Shown: in pieces, positions 25,804 through 38,545 of the stretch
Numbering within the stretch: the first letter of the stretch is position 1
Layout: every line of letters starts with the position of its first letter
Assembly: GCA_001643675.2 (NCBI GenBank)
Contig: LSRY02000012.1
Coordinates: 992,001 to 1,056,000 of the forward strand
DNA length: 64,000 bases
Direction: 5' to 3'
Source: Monocercomonoides exilis PA203
Lineage: Eukaryota > Protista > Preaxostyla
Notes under the pieces: generated by a model
The model's database searches: none
Told to the model about the DNA's origin: nothing
The model's input: only the letters and a program-made list of their open reading frames with translations
Program-made: the position numbers and the translations under genes

Positions 25804-28800
25804 TTAATTAACATCCTCGTTGAAATCAAATCCATCAAATGCTGCATCCATCTTCTCCCAGTTCTCATCCGAAATGTGTGGATGCACCGCTGGCGACCCT
25901 GGAGGCGTGTCATATGCCGGCTCTGCCAAAAACTCCTCATCCACAAACGACAAGTCCAAATCCCCCTTCGGAAGCCTCGGCACAAACGGGGAAGGGATCA
26001 GCTTCCTTCGCAATTTCGGGAAGGAAATGCCTTTGAATAGCGGGTGCTGCTTCAGCTGGTGCCCGCCCAGCACTCCGCGTGCACGCCGCTCGCGCCACAA
26101 GAAGTCGCTGTCGTCTTCAGAACTTCCACTCTCACTCTGCTCTTTCTCTCCTTCACTGTTGCTGCTGCTTGTACTTGATGCAGAAGCTGAAGCAGAGGCA
26201 GCAGCAGCAGCATGAGCAGCCGCCGCCGCCGCACCTGCAGCGCCTGTTGTGCTTGTAGCACTTGCAGCATCCCTCTTCTGTGCCCTCAGCTTCCTCCTCT
26301 CTCTCCTCTCTCTCCTCCGCTTCTTCTTTTCGTTCCTCTGTTTTTCTTCCTCTGCTCTCCGGCGCGCCACATAAGAGATGCGCTCATAGCGTTCAGGTGG
26401 CAAAGAGCCCAGCCGATGTGAAGGCTCAGCAATGAGAAGGCGGCGGATGAAGTCTTGTGCCACTTCTGGAATGTATGATGGCATGGAATACTCACACTGA
26501 AGGGATGTGGAAAGAAGTGAAATTATTTGGGAGGGGAAGGGAGGGGAAGGGAGGGAGGGATAAAGGAAATTTGTTTATTTTATTAAAGAGAAGGAAAGAA
26601 GATAAAAGATTAGCATGTGAATTGAAGGAAGAAAAGTTGTTTGAAAAATGATCGATGGAAAAAGAAATGATCATTTCATTAATAAAAAGAAAGAAGAAAA
26701 GAAAGAAAGAAAAGAAAAGCACAAATAGCATTAATCAAAACATAAAGAAGAAAAAATAAATGAGCAAACAGCCAAAGTCTTTCTTCTCATTTCGAAAGGA
26801 GAATCAGCCACAAATGGATGATCACCCACAAGCATCACATAGAAAAGATAGCCAACATTCCACCAGTCAACAGCTTTTGTATACGGTCGTCCAAGCATAA
26901 CCTCAGGAGCTATTAAAATAATGATGATGATGAAAAGACAGCAGGGATAAATAGAAAATATCAAGACAAGTTTAAAAAAAAAAAAAAAAGGGAAAACATT
27001 TTTTTTTTACAATTATATATGTGTAAATCATACCCATATATTCTTCAGTCCCGCAGTATGTTCCAGTCGTCGCTGCTTTCCTCTCCTTCCTCTCACCCGT
27101 CTTCGCCTCAGACGCTTCTCTCTCTCTGCGCGCTTTTGCCTTCTCAGCTCTTTTCGCTCTTCTTTCCTCTCTCTCTTTGATCTTCTGCTCAATCAGCCCT
27201 CTCTTCTCCTCGCTCTGCCTTCTCCTTTCCTGCCTGTTGTGCCTCAGCCGCTGCCACTTCTCGTCTCTTCCCTCTGCTCCTTCCCCAGCTTCATCATCGT
27301 CTTCGTCGCTGCTCTCGTCTTCCACCTCCTCTTCTTCCAGCTCCTCTGACCCTTCACTCTCGTCATCTTCCTCTTCTTCCAGAATCTTCGCCAGCCCAAA
27401 GTCAATCAGCATCACGTGCCCATCGCGCTGCAGCAGCACATTTTCGGGCTTGAGGTCGCGGTAGACAATGTGTTTGCGGTGCAGATGGTGGATCACATCG
27501 ACTATTTCAGCAATCAGGAACCGCGCTACGTCTGGTTTGAATCGGATGTTTCTGAGAAAAATAAAGAGTGTGAAAAGAATAAGAATTATATGAAAAAAAA
27601 AATGTTTTTTTTGAATAAACATTTTGAAAAAAAAGGAATAACATTGTTGCAGAAAATCGAATAATTCAAGTCGCACAAAAACACAACCAAATATGATAAT
27701 AAAAAAGAAAAAGAAGAAAGACAACTTCTTTTCACACCTTGTTAAATGAATAAACAGTTCCCCACCATTTGCATAATCTGTCACCATGTACAGCTTCTCG
27801 CTTGTCTGAAAAGCGTAATGCAGCCTCTCAATAAACATATGCTCAATTGTTGCCATCACTGTGCGCTCAGTGATTGTGTGCAACTGCTGCTGGTGTTTGA
27901 AAATATGAGACTTCTTTAAGATCTTCATTGCATAAATATGACCGTCGTATCCGTTCTTCGACTGCGCTGCAAACTCCGGAGTCTTCCTCACTTGCAGCAC
28001 TTTCCCAAAGCTGCCTTTCCCAACACACGCCAGCAGCTCAAAATCTTTGACAGTGACTTTGTTAGCTTCGCGGGTGATTGAATGGCCTAGTGGAACAGCA
28101 GGCTGAGATGGAGGTGGAAGAACTGGTTCAGCTGATAGTATTCTAGCGATATGTTTGGGCTTTGCTCCAGGCATGGTCGGAGAAGGGCCGGATAGAGCTG
28201 TAGAGAAAGCTGATGAACCCACAAACGGAGAAGGCTTCAACGAAGATGAAGCAGAATCATCAGAAAGAGTTGAGCGAGAAGACGTTGTTGGAGGAGCAGT
28301 ACCTGTATCGCCAGAAGCGTCCATTTGCTCAAATTCTCCATCGCTATCTGCATCAGCGACAAGCCATTCTTCTGGAGTGAATTGCTTCTCATCATCTTTA
28401 ATTTCCTGAAATAAAAAAATATCAATAACAAATCAAAGTTAGTCGTTTGTTTTTTAAAGTTTTCAAAGCGTACAAATTGAGCTTTATCTTCTTTGTCTAG
28501 ATATTTTCTTCCTATTTTTAGCGCATCTATAGTATCTAAAATAACTTTTAATTGATCCAAATTTTGCGCTTCAAATTTGTAGTTTACAATTGCAGAAATT
28601 GTAAATTCCATTGGATTTGATTTTAATTGTTTAACGCCAAGAATGGTGTCATTTTGCATCCATCTTTGGAGTGTATCACCCGTGAAATTTCGAATTCCAT
28701 CATCGGACAAAGTTAGCTTTCTACTCTTCCTCTTTCCTGTTTGACTTATTTTTGTAACATCAAAAGAAGGCTGCTGAGATTGGTTGTTTTGCTTTCGAAG

Positions 28801-28848
28801 CGAAAATTTGTTTTGAAAAATAGTTGTACGTAATTTTGTTTGTGACAT
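25804..28848 (-). CDS. AGC-family kinase (Akt/SGK-like) with N-terminal PH-like domain
   Basis: VGKGSFGKVLQV, YAMKILKK, LHYAFQTSEKLYMV, YRDLKPENVLL, DFGLAK, TYCGTEEYM|APE, YTKAVDWW, and AGC tail PSPFVP...FDGFDF. Introns at 28406-28473, 27552-27737, 26910-27033 and 26497-26769. Confidence 0.9.
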
Positions 28849-29338
28849 ACAGATCTCATACCTTACTAAAAATATTCAAAGAATTTTTTTTTGTGAGAAC
28901 AACTCAATAATGATTCAAATGATTTAATGAAAGAAGTTTTTTATCGAAGAAATTCATATTTTTCATTAGGCAGTGCTGAAAATTGTATTATTCAATAGAA
29001 TAGAAGTTCGGAGATTTTAAAAATTCGAAATATTTGTTTTATTTTTTGAAAATAGTTTATTTATTTTCACAATTTTCGAAGTGCTATCCAATCATTTGAG
29101 ATATAAAAATACTTTTTCAAAATATTTGTTTTTATTATTGTCTTTTGAAAATGAATTATTGACATGAGACTTAAGATTTCTCTTGTTCATGAATCCATCC
29201 ATCTAGATGAAAAATGAGTTTTCAAAAACAAATGTCAAAATTATATCCGCAATATAAATAAACGTCATTTTTCGGATTTTTTCGCTGCCCTTAATAAAAA
29301 AAGAATAATAAAATTGGCTTTTTCCTGCTTTTTAGGAA

Positions 29339-32300
29339 ATGTCAAAAACTGTCACAGTAACTTATGGTCCGAGATTGCTTTTGCTATATTGTTCTCGAAG
29401 ATTATAAATTGTTTTAATTTTTATTCACATGTTTCTTTCGATAATTGAAAAAAACACGATTTGTGAATTTTTGCAAATTTTTTGTTGCTAAAGGACTTCG
29501 AAAAGCTAAAATAAATGCAACTCCAGGATTGCCAATGCAAGAATTGTTGCAAAAAGCGTGTTCAGAATTGTCTGTTCCAGTTTCAAATGCCCAATTATGC
29601 TTGAAAGGAAAGCCAATCGACATGTCAATGCCTTTTCGATTGACCGGAATCGCTTCTGGCGCAGTTTTAGAATTGAAATTTCAGAAAAGCGGTTATTTTT
29701 TTGAATTTAATTTTGAGAAAACATTTTTATCCAATGATTTTCACAATTTTTCAGACAAGTCACAAATATCTTTAGCACTTGCATATAATGGCCGTCGTTA
29801 CATAGGCCAATTTAACCCTGCTTGTTCGCTGTGGGGAGTTCTTAAACTTTTTGAAAAAGGAACATTACTGAATCTAACAAGATATGTTGCACCAAATCCT
29901 GACATTGTAAGGCAAAGAGGAATAAGTAATGGAGGTAGCAGTGAACTATTTTGGTGGGAGCCTTCTGTTATATACATTCATAGAGAAGTTTGAAATTGAT
30001 TTTTATTTGACAACACAATAAAATAATTTTTCACTTACATCATGTCGAATTGTTAAAAAAATTCAGATTAAAGGGATAAATGATTTGACAGATGCGACTC
30101 TATCTTCCCTTGGCATTTCCAGCGGATCTGCATCAATGAGATTAATGCATACTGCAACAATGAAGCATCTTGATGATGTAATAGATGAAATTGAAATAGG
30201 TTTGATAAAGATCATAATTAGAAATTCCGATATAATTTATTCTTTTGTAAGCTGACGTGATGTGGGCTTCTCTTCAGGACTCATTTGACAGAGCTGCACA
30301 GCAGCAGCAGCAGCAGCCACAGCCACAAAATCAGTCATCATCAGCACCAGCAAAGTCTCTTCCCACCAATCCTCCCAATCAAAGTTCGACTTCTTCTCAA
30401 TCTCCTGCTTTTTCATCTCATCCATCTTCATCTGCACAACTCACTTCACTCTCGCAGACAAAACCCATTTCTGCTTCTGCTTCTGCTTCAACCTCCGCTT
30501 CTGTCTCTGTCTCTGTCTCTGCCTCTGCCTCTGCCTCTGCTTCTGCTTCTTCGACCAGCACACAACCTTCTTCTCCTCCGCTGTCATCAGTCAACCCATT
30601 CGCCGACATCACACTTGGCGAGCCAATTTCATTTCTCTCCGCATTCCGCGAAGAGCAGACACAGCCTGATCCCTTCTCTCCCATCAGCCAGGGCCCCATT
30701 CCTGGCTATCTTCCCACAGTGCCTACTGAAAGGAAGCCTTCTCCACTTGGCTCTCCTCTGAGTGGGCTGATGGGCAATGAGGAGATTTCGACATCTCTGC
30801 TGATGGAAGATAAAGATGAAAGATATGACTCACGTTCTGCACTCGAAAACGAAAAACCAGAGGTTAAAAGGGATAACGAGAGAAACGAGAGAAAAAGTGA
30901 ACGAAAGATGGAAGAAGAGCGAAAAGGAGGAGAAAAAGAAGGAGAAGGAGAAGAAAACGAACGTATGGAGCCAAAAGTTGATGATGAATCAGCAGCATTT
31001 GACGCAGATGATGATTGGTTTCTCGGATTTGGAGACGAAGATGTGAGTCAGTTCAATGAAGCCGATGATTGGCTGCTTCAGGCAAGGGATGACTACAAAC
31101 ACAGGATGAAAGCTCCGAAGCTGAGTGGAGATGGAGATGAGTTCTTTTTTGGAGCATCTCCTGATGAAGAGTTGCTGCTCCCTTCGAAGACATCTCTAAC
31201 TTCTCCTTCTGCTTCGACTCAGTCATATTATTCTGCTTCCACATCTTCCTTCTCCTCCTCCTCTTCTTCTTCTTCTTCCTCTATCTCAACAGCTACTTCA
31301 GCCAGCACATCTGCTTCACCCTCCGCCTCTTCTCGCATGAGCAGGCTGCCTCCTTCTCCTTTGTATCTTGTGGCGTCTCGTTCTGACCACGGCAGGATTA
31401 TCTACCGCCCGCCCACGACTTCTGCCTCGCAGCTTTCTCGTTCTGTGGAGAAGGCCACAAAAGCAATGGGAGAGGCAGCGTATTCGCAGACAAAGGAGGA
31501 AAAGAACAGGTCGTATGCAAAGCTCGTTGATGACAATGCGAAGGCTTCGCAGATCTCGCTGAAGAAGTCTAACAGAAGAACAGAAACGGGGAATGGACTT
31601 GTTTGTCGCTTTAATTTCAATGATGTTTTTATTAATTTCAAATCTTCTTTGAAAAAATTCCTATCAATAATTGAATCTTATAAAACAATCTTTTCATTAA
31701 TAATTGTTCTTGTCCATTCAAATTCAATTTATATTCTATTTTATTTTTTTTTTCTCTAGTCATCACTTCGTATTGTATTTCCAAATGGCTACACGATGGT
31801 TGGACTGTTCATTGCTCCGACGCATAAGATCAAAGATGTCGATCGGTGGGTGCAAGAGACACTTTATGACTGGAGATCACAGTTTACACTCAGTTTGCAA
31901 TGATTCCTTCTTTGCTTATTCTTACTTTTGAATAAAACTTTTTTATTTTATGTTTCTTTTTGCTCTGAATGTGCTTGTCCGTTTTTATCATATCATTGTT
32001 GTTATTATTCATTCAGTTACAACTTTCCCAGTAACTCGCCTGACAAACAAGGAGATGACGCTAAAAGAAGCCAAACTGTATCCTTCTTCTGTGCTTTATT
32101 TCTCTTCAGACTCCTGTTCGGCAACCGCAACAGGACAGAAACAGCCCATTTCTCTTTCAGCCGACTTTGCCAGTCGGGCGCGCCCGCATCCGTCTGACAC
32201 CACACTTCCCTCGTCCAACAAGAGCTCTTCCAAAAAAGACGCAACTGCACAAAAACCCGATCCACATCAAGGTGAAATGCCCTCAAGCGCAGAGGCATCG

Positions 32301-32399
32301 AAAAAGACGGAAAAGAAGCAGTCTGGAGGAAAGTTCTTTGAAAAGATGAGGAACAAAATGAAGGGCTGGGGGTACAACGAAGGGCAAACAGCGAGTTGA
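29339..32399 (+). CDS. ASPSCR1: ASPSCR1/TUG (UBXD9)-like p97 adaptor: N-terminal TUG-UBL, C-terminal UBX, multi-exon
   Basis: RKAKINATPGLPMQELLQKAC...LKGKPIDMSMPFRLTGIASGAVLEL (TUG-UBL1). LRIVFPNGYTMVGLF...MTLKEAKLYPSSVLYF (UBX). Confidence 0.8.
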
Positions 32400-32834
32400 T
32401 AGTAATTATTTTGGATATGTTTTGTTCGACTCCTGTTTCTGTTTCCAGAGAAAGTGTGAACATTAATAACTTTTTTCTGTTATGCATAATTTTGATTGAG
32501 TTAAAGCGTGAGTCATACTTATTTATAAGTCTGTATTATGTCTTTTTATTTATTTATTTATTTTCTTTTGTAAAATATTTTGCTTTTAATTCTGATTTTT
32601 CCTTTTATTTTGATTTCTGGCATACATTTGAGGTAAATTGTAAAGTTCTTTTTTATTTTGGAAATTACAAATAAGCAAAAATAAGCATTGGGATGAGGTA
32701 AATATGAGTCTGCAAAAATAAATGTTGAATGAATTTGAAATAACTTCAAAAAAATAGAACGAAAGAAAATCATTAAATTCGATTAAAACAACAAAATCTG
32801 ACTAACACATGTTACAAGATGCTGAAAAAAGCAA

Positions 32835-34526
32835 TTATAATTCATCACTCGCCGAAGGACGTTCGTTAAGCAGTGCATCATAATAGTCCCTGCGGATCAT
32901 CAGTTCTTTTATAAGCGTGTCTTCCCTGCTGTAAGCCCCTGTTCCCATCAGCACTTCAATTTCTCTGCTGACTCTGGCTCTTTCTTCTTTCAGATCTGCT
33001 TCTTGGGGAATTACTTGCGGCCTTGCTATTCTCCTTCCAATAAGGCTGATAAAAGGCGCATAACCGTCTGGAAACACAAGAGGCGGTAAAGAAGATGGTG
33101 AATTAAAAGCGGCTGGGGTCGGATTATTCAATGAAGTGTGTGATTGAGCGCTCTGTTGATGATCTGGAGGAATAGATGATTGCTGTGATTGCTTGATTGA
33201 TGAAGGTGTGGGTGTGGGTGTGGCAGAGTTTGAAGGCGGATGAAGTGAATGAAGTGAAGAACGGGAAGAGTGCCGAGACAGCGAAGGTTGTGAATTGTCA
33301 GAGGATGGAAAGCGATAAAATGAAGTTTGAGTCTCGTTTTCCGATGTGACGTGATCGTGTCGCAGTTTCGCTTGAAGTGAAGAGCGAGAACCCCGATCAT
33401 CAGGAGAACCAGGGATGGTGGGGGGAGAAAGAGGAGTTTCTGGACGGAGAATTTGTGGTGAAGATTGAGATGAAGAAGAATGCTGTGAAAGTTGAGAACC
33501 AGAGGCTTTCTCAATGGATTCTCGAATTCGTTTCAATCGTAATTCTTCTGCTTCTAATTCTTGTTGCAAACGTTTCTATGTTTGAGTTGAAAAGAAAAAA
33601 AATGTGTACGTTAATAAAAAATAAAGTATAAATTTTTTTAATGAAGTGAAATGAATTATTTTTTCTTTGATATAAATTTTTTACAAGCCAGACCTGATGC
33701 GCTTCTTTTTCTTTGTCTATGGAAGAAAGAATAAGCTTTAACTGTTCTTCTGCTTTGTTCCTTGCATCTAATGCAGATTGTAGTAATTTTTCTCTTTGTT
33801 GAGTTTCGGCAACAAAATTAGCCTTTTGCGCTGAAAGATAACTTTCCCTATTAGATTCAAAATATTTTAAATATTGTTCTTGCTCAGTGATTTTACGATG
33901 AATTCTTTCTATGTCTTGTTGTATTGGATTCTTTTTTCGTTCAATTTGTGCTCGTTTTTCTTCTTGTTTCTTAAATTTTAAAAATTTTATAATTCAAAAC
34001 AAACAGCGAAAAGAAAGTATAAGTTTCTATTTAAAAAAAATCATATAAGGCACACAATTTGTAAGTCCCTCAGCTTAGCTTGCGACTCAAGAACTCCTGC
34101 CGCTTTTTCTTTTTCAGTAAGATGAATAAGTTCTTGTTCCTTTTTTTGAAGAACATCCAATGCTAACTGATTTTTCGAAGTTAATTCAATTTTTGCATCC
34201 ACCTCTGAAGTTAGTCGATTCAATTCTTCTTCTTTTGTTTTCTTTTCAGGTGCCCACATTTTCATATATTTTGTCAAAATGATAGTTTGTTGCTGTTTTA
34301 GTTCTTCATCAAATTGCAATGTTACTGCCTTCTTCCATGCTTCAATCTAAATAGATAAAGTATCATTTTTCGATGACAAATTACTAACATAAAAAAAAAT
34401 ACAATCAAATACCTGTAATGCGACATTGTACTCTGGAGAAAGCCTATCAACTGATTTCCCTTTTAATAAATGATAAATAGCATGTTGTACATTTTATTAT
34501 CATTTCAAACCTTTTTGTTTTGCCAT
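32835..34526 (-). CDS. CEP120-like coiled-coil protein (C-terminal half only), multi-exon
   Basis: SPEYNVALQ|IEAWKKAVTLQFDEELKQQ resembles the CEP120 EYKAALELEMWK segment. REIEVLMGTGAYSREDTLIKEL resembles the CEP120 terminal LxTGVYxxEDxII motif. Candidate ATG at 34526 (MAKQKG). Confidence 0.65.
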
Positions 34527-35160
34527 TTGAAGCAAAAACAATTTTCAAATGGAATTAATATTTATTACTGGATTTGATCAATTTTAAAAATTTTTAGAAA
34601 AAAATTTTAATGTTTGTCACTTGTCATATGTTTTGAAAATCAAAAATAATTTTATTGAACATATAATTAATGCTTTAATTTGAATTGTTAGCAAAAAATT
34701 TGATTTGGACAACAGAAAATAATTACTTTTCATAGTTCTTAATTTGCCTTTTATTAGAAAAAGATCATTTCCGATGCGTGCTGAAATATTTATTTTTCTT
34801 ATTTTTCATTTTTATATATATTATTGCTCATTCAATGAAAAATGAATAAGTGGATTTATCTTTATTGCAAATTTTTGTAATTTTGAAAATACTTCAAGTT
34901 TGTTTTTTTGAGGCTGATAATGTAAATTTTGGTGATAAACTTTTATTTTTTTTGTTTTTGGCTCTTTTTTTCCTGTTCTCTTCTTTTATGGATAGTTAGT
35001 TTTCGAAAATATTTGTAAAAAGATGAAATAAAAAATAAAAACTTGAATATGAAATTTGTGATTCACATTTAATGAATTTTCAGAAAAACAACATCTTAAG
35101 AAATAAATCTCTGTGCTGAAATTGTAGTTATTTGTTTATCTATAGACTTCAAAAACCACA

Positions 35161-35404
35161 TGTCTAAAATTTTTTGAAAAGTTCCTTTTGTTTAATTTTC
35201 AGGTCAAAATGGAAAATGAATATTTTCATCAAAATTTCATTCCAACTCTCAAAAATTCACCATTATGGAAATAATTGCATTAATAAACATTTGCTTCCAT
35301 GCCAGTGAATTTTTGAGAGTTGGAATGAAATTTTGATGAAAATATTCAGTTTCCATTTTTACCTGAAAATCAAACAAAAGGAACTTTTCAAAAAAAAAGA
35401 GACA
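35161..35404. mobile_element. 244-bp foldback/hairpin element, copy 1 (100-bp arms, 44-bp spacer)
   Basis: TGTCT...AGACA ends. Seven substitutions relative to copy 2, with an identical spacer. Confidence 0.9.
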
Positions 35405-35416
35405 TATTATGAAATA

Positions 35417-37762
35417 CCATCGGTGGAAAAAGCGGTCGTTTGTGGGAAAAGCGGTAGTTGGAGGAACTGAAATAATGCAATTTTTCTACCCTGTTATTCT
35501 TTTGATATGGACTGAAGCATTTTGAATTTTGATAATTATTGCTTGTCGAACAGAAATATGAATAAATAAATGAAAAAAAGGTCTTAAACTTTATCATCAA
35601 CAGCCTGTTTTTATATAAAAAAGAAATGTGAATTGGAAAAATAAGAGTAACGCAGTTCAGAAAAATAAATATCTTCATTTGAATCAACTTCAAAATAAAA
35701 ATTGATACATTCAAATTGTTGTGGTTTCAATATCTGAATCGGATTCATCTTCAATTTTTCTCCTTTTTCTTGTTCTTAACTTTGTTTTCTGATCAAAAGT
35801 TAATGTTCACTCCTCTTCGTGAATGCAATTGATTTTGTTTCCGTAAACTTAATTATCAGCAATTCTTTTTTTTCGATGTCTTATTTTTCTTTTCTTCATT
35901 ATCTCCGAACCTTTGTTTTCGTTTTGCTCAGCTTCTTCTTCTACTCCTTTTTCCTCGTTTGCAATTGCTTTTTCGTGTGTTATTTCCGTTTCCTTAATCT
36001 CAATCGCAGGTATTTGTTGACTTTTTTCTTTTAATTGTCGTTTTTATTTTGGAGAAAAAACTCCAAAAACGCTTTTCTTTAGATCTGTTGCGGACAAATT
36101 TGAAGAAGATGATGTTTTTGACGACAAAGCTGTGCCGCATTCTTTGGATAGCACAGGAGCAGCAGCAACAGGATGAACTCCAGTGTTTAAAAATGCAGAT
36201 TTTATAACAGACGGAGAACTTGCAGCAGACAAAGCTTCTGGCAACACATCTGCCAAAGCTCTTCGGAAAGAAGAAGTCGTTAAATTTGTAGGTCTAACAA
36301 ATGAATTTTGAAGAACAAGTATAAATCTTGAGAACACGCAATTGTCACACGGCTGTTAAAGGTGTGTCATATTCTGAGGAAAGGTTTCGATGATGATATT
36401 GTTATGATTAGCAAACGAAATAACCTCCGAATCAAAATGAGTACGGTGATTGTCCAATAATAACAGAGCTTCCTTTGATTAGACATTTTCAGTTTATTCG
36501 CTATCAGCGGAATCCATTTCTGAATCATGATAAATCGAAATGTTTCCGAATTTATCCAACCTAATGAAGAACCAATATAAAATATATTTGAAGATGATAA
36601 AAAAGAAAACTCTTGTGGAATCTTTTTTCGTGTGTATATTTATATATATGGAAGATGAGACCCGTCAGCACAAATGCAAACACATAAAGTCGCATTTTCG
36701 GTTTTTTGTTATGCGGGAGGAGAAGGCGGCGTTTGGTTTTTGAGGCAAACAATAAGCTTTTATGTTCCTTCTCCAATACGAACAGAAGATTCATCAAAGT
36801 TGTATATTTATGTCGAATCAATGTTGTTCGTTGTTATAATGGAAGACAACTTTTGGAACCATTCACGAATTGTTTCTGGTGATTGCGTACGGATTTTTGC
36901 AATTTCAATAGGCCTGGAAATGCATGCCTTTAATATTGAGCTTCTTTTTATGAGATCAAAGGCCTATTTCGAATTGACTTTTTTCCTTTCTTTGTCCCTT
37001 TCACAACTTGTATTTCAAACTTCCTGGATCTAAAAAAACAAAGCTATCAAAAAAATAAAAAGATCAATTCGCAAAACCATCGATTGAATGTACTTCACTC
37101 TGATAATTTTTTGTTCGGACAGCAGTGCGATGACTTGTTTTTCAACTCTTTCCAGTTGTTCACTTGTAATTATTGATGGGCGGCCAATTTTCCACACTTC
37201 CCGATTTGCTTTCATCGCCGCTATTCCTCTTTCCCATACACCGTTTGAAATAGCTTTGGATCCCACAGCAGTTTTCCACGTTGCATCATATTTCTTTTTT
37301 ATTTCGAAGAACTTTTGTGATGGAGATAAATATTTTCGGAAGTCGGATGTAGCCATCAAACGATGAAGAATGTTTGGAGTGATTTTTTTTGTGGCGTCCA
37401 TTATTATTCATTCGATCAAAAACTTTTTTGATAAAGTTTTATTTAAAAAGATCAAAATTTGTTTACAAACAGCTATTCCAGAATAAATCACATTATATTC
37501 AAGTTATTTCTTCTGATTATTCAATTCGATGAAGTATTATTGATAATAGCAGTTTGAACAAACTGCTGTTTAAATTACGAAGGTTCAGAGAACTTTTCTG
37601 TCTTATAACCAAAAGATAAATAAATAATATATCTCGTTGAACTTTCTCAGGTGTGAATGTTCTTATTCTTTTTAATTGAAATGTTTTTTTCCAAAAGACT
37701 CTTCTTTTCAAACTACTAGAACTACCGCTTTTCCCACCAACGACCGCTTTTTCCACCGATAG
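35417..37762 (-). mobile_element. Decayed pogo-like (Tc1/mariner superfamily, DD35D) DNA transposon, ~2.35 kb
   Basis: ~43-bp TIR TA|CCATCGGTGGAAAAAGCGGTCGTTTGTGGGAAAAGCGGTAGTT, with its reverse complement ending at 37762 (two mismatches; right flank is TG). Contains a DDE transposase. Confidence 0.9.
35800..37401 (-). pseudogene. pogo/CENP-B-type (DDE_1) transposase pseudogene with a 48-bp intron (37030-37077); 3' end approximate
   Basis: IYNFDESS ... LLLLDNHRTHF ... FPQNMTHL*QPCDNCVF, with 35 residues between the 2nd and 3rd Asp. Multiple stops and a frameshift. Confidence 0.85.
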
Positions 37763-38290
37763 TGTCTTTCTTTTTAATCAAGATTTTCATAAGGTTTGGC
37801 ATTCGTTTGCAATAGCGTTTCTGTTTTGTATTTATAAAAATATTTTTGTCCTGCTTCAAATCTTGTTCTTTTCCATTCATTTCTTCTTCACTTTTCACGC
37901 ACTGACAGATACCAAAAAAAAACCTTTTAATGTTTATGAATTATGTTAATACTTTTCATACAATATAAATGTTTATTTTTATTGAAATTGGTTGTTATCT
38001 ACACTGTTTTACATGACTTTTTTAAACAATTGTTGAGAATAAAAGTTTGATTGAGGATTGTTTGGAATCATTTCAACATAATGAATGGTATTTAAACAGA
38101 GCATTGTTAATTATTTGCTTTTATATTTTTGAAAAATTGCCTCATTTATTGTGTCCATTCTTCAATCAAAAAATCAAATATATAATGGTTGCTAATTAAC
38201 TGATTATCCCTGTTATAATTTGGCAGCATTTGCTTTTTAAAGTATGAACTTTATGTGAGTCTTCAAATAAAATATATTTCATTCATGATA

Positions 38291-38534
38291 TGTCTCAATT
38301 TTTTTGAAAAGTTCCTTTTGTTTAATTTTCAGGTCAAAATGGAAAATGAATATTTTCATCAAAATTTCATTCCAACTCTCAAAAATTCACCATTATGGAA
38401 ATAATTGCATTAATAAACATTTGCTTCCATGCCAGTGAATTTTTGAGAGTTGGAATGAAATTTTGATGAAAATATTCATTTTCCATTTTGACCTGAAAAT
38501 TAAACAAAAGGAACTTTTCAAAAAAATTGAGACA
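38291..38534. mobile_element. 244-bp foldback/hairpin element, copy 2 (perfect 100-bp arms, flanked by TA)
   Basis: 38291-38390 is the exact reverse complement of 38435-38534. Spacer is cattatggaaataattgcattaataaacatttgcttccatgcca. Confidence 0.92.
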
Positions 38535-38545
38535 TATTATAAGAA

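Noticed and set aside
35800-37030. Many in-frame TAA codons in the transposase, suggesting a TAR=Gln code as in some oxymonads
   Set aside because: They align with Ser/Pro/Leu in the paralogous transposase, TGA and frameshifts also occur, and host genes terminate in TAA/TAG with long standard-code ORFs. This is ordinary decay.
35400-37770. Removing pogo 1 yields a short palindrome agacatatt-atga-aatatgtct
   Set aside because: Only 9 bp in AT-rich DNA, and it requires assuming no TA duplication. Likely chance.
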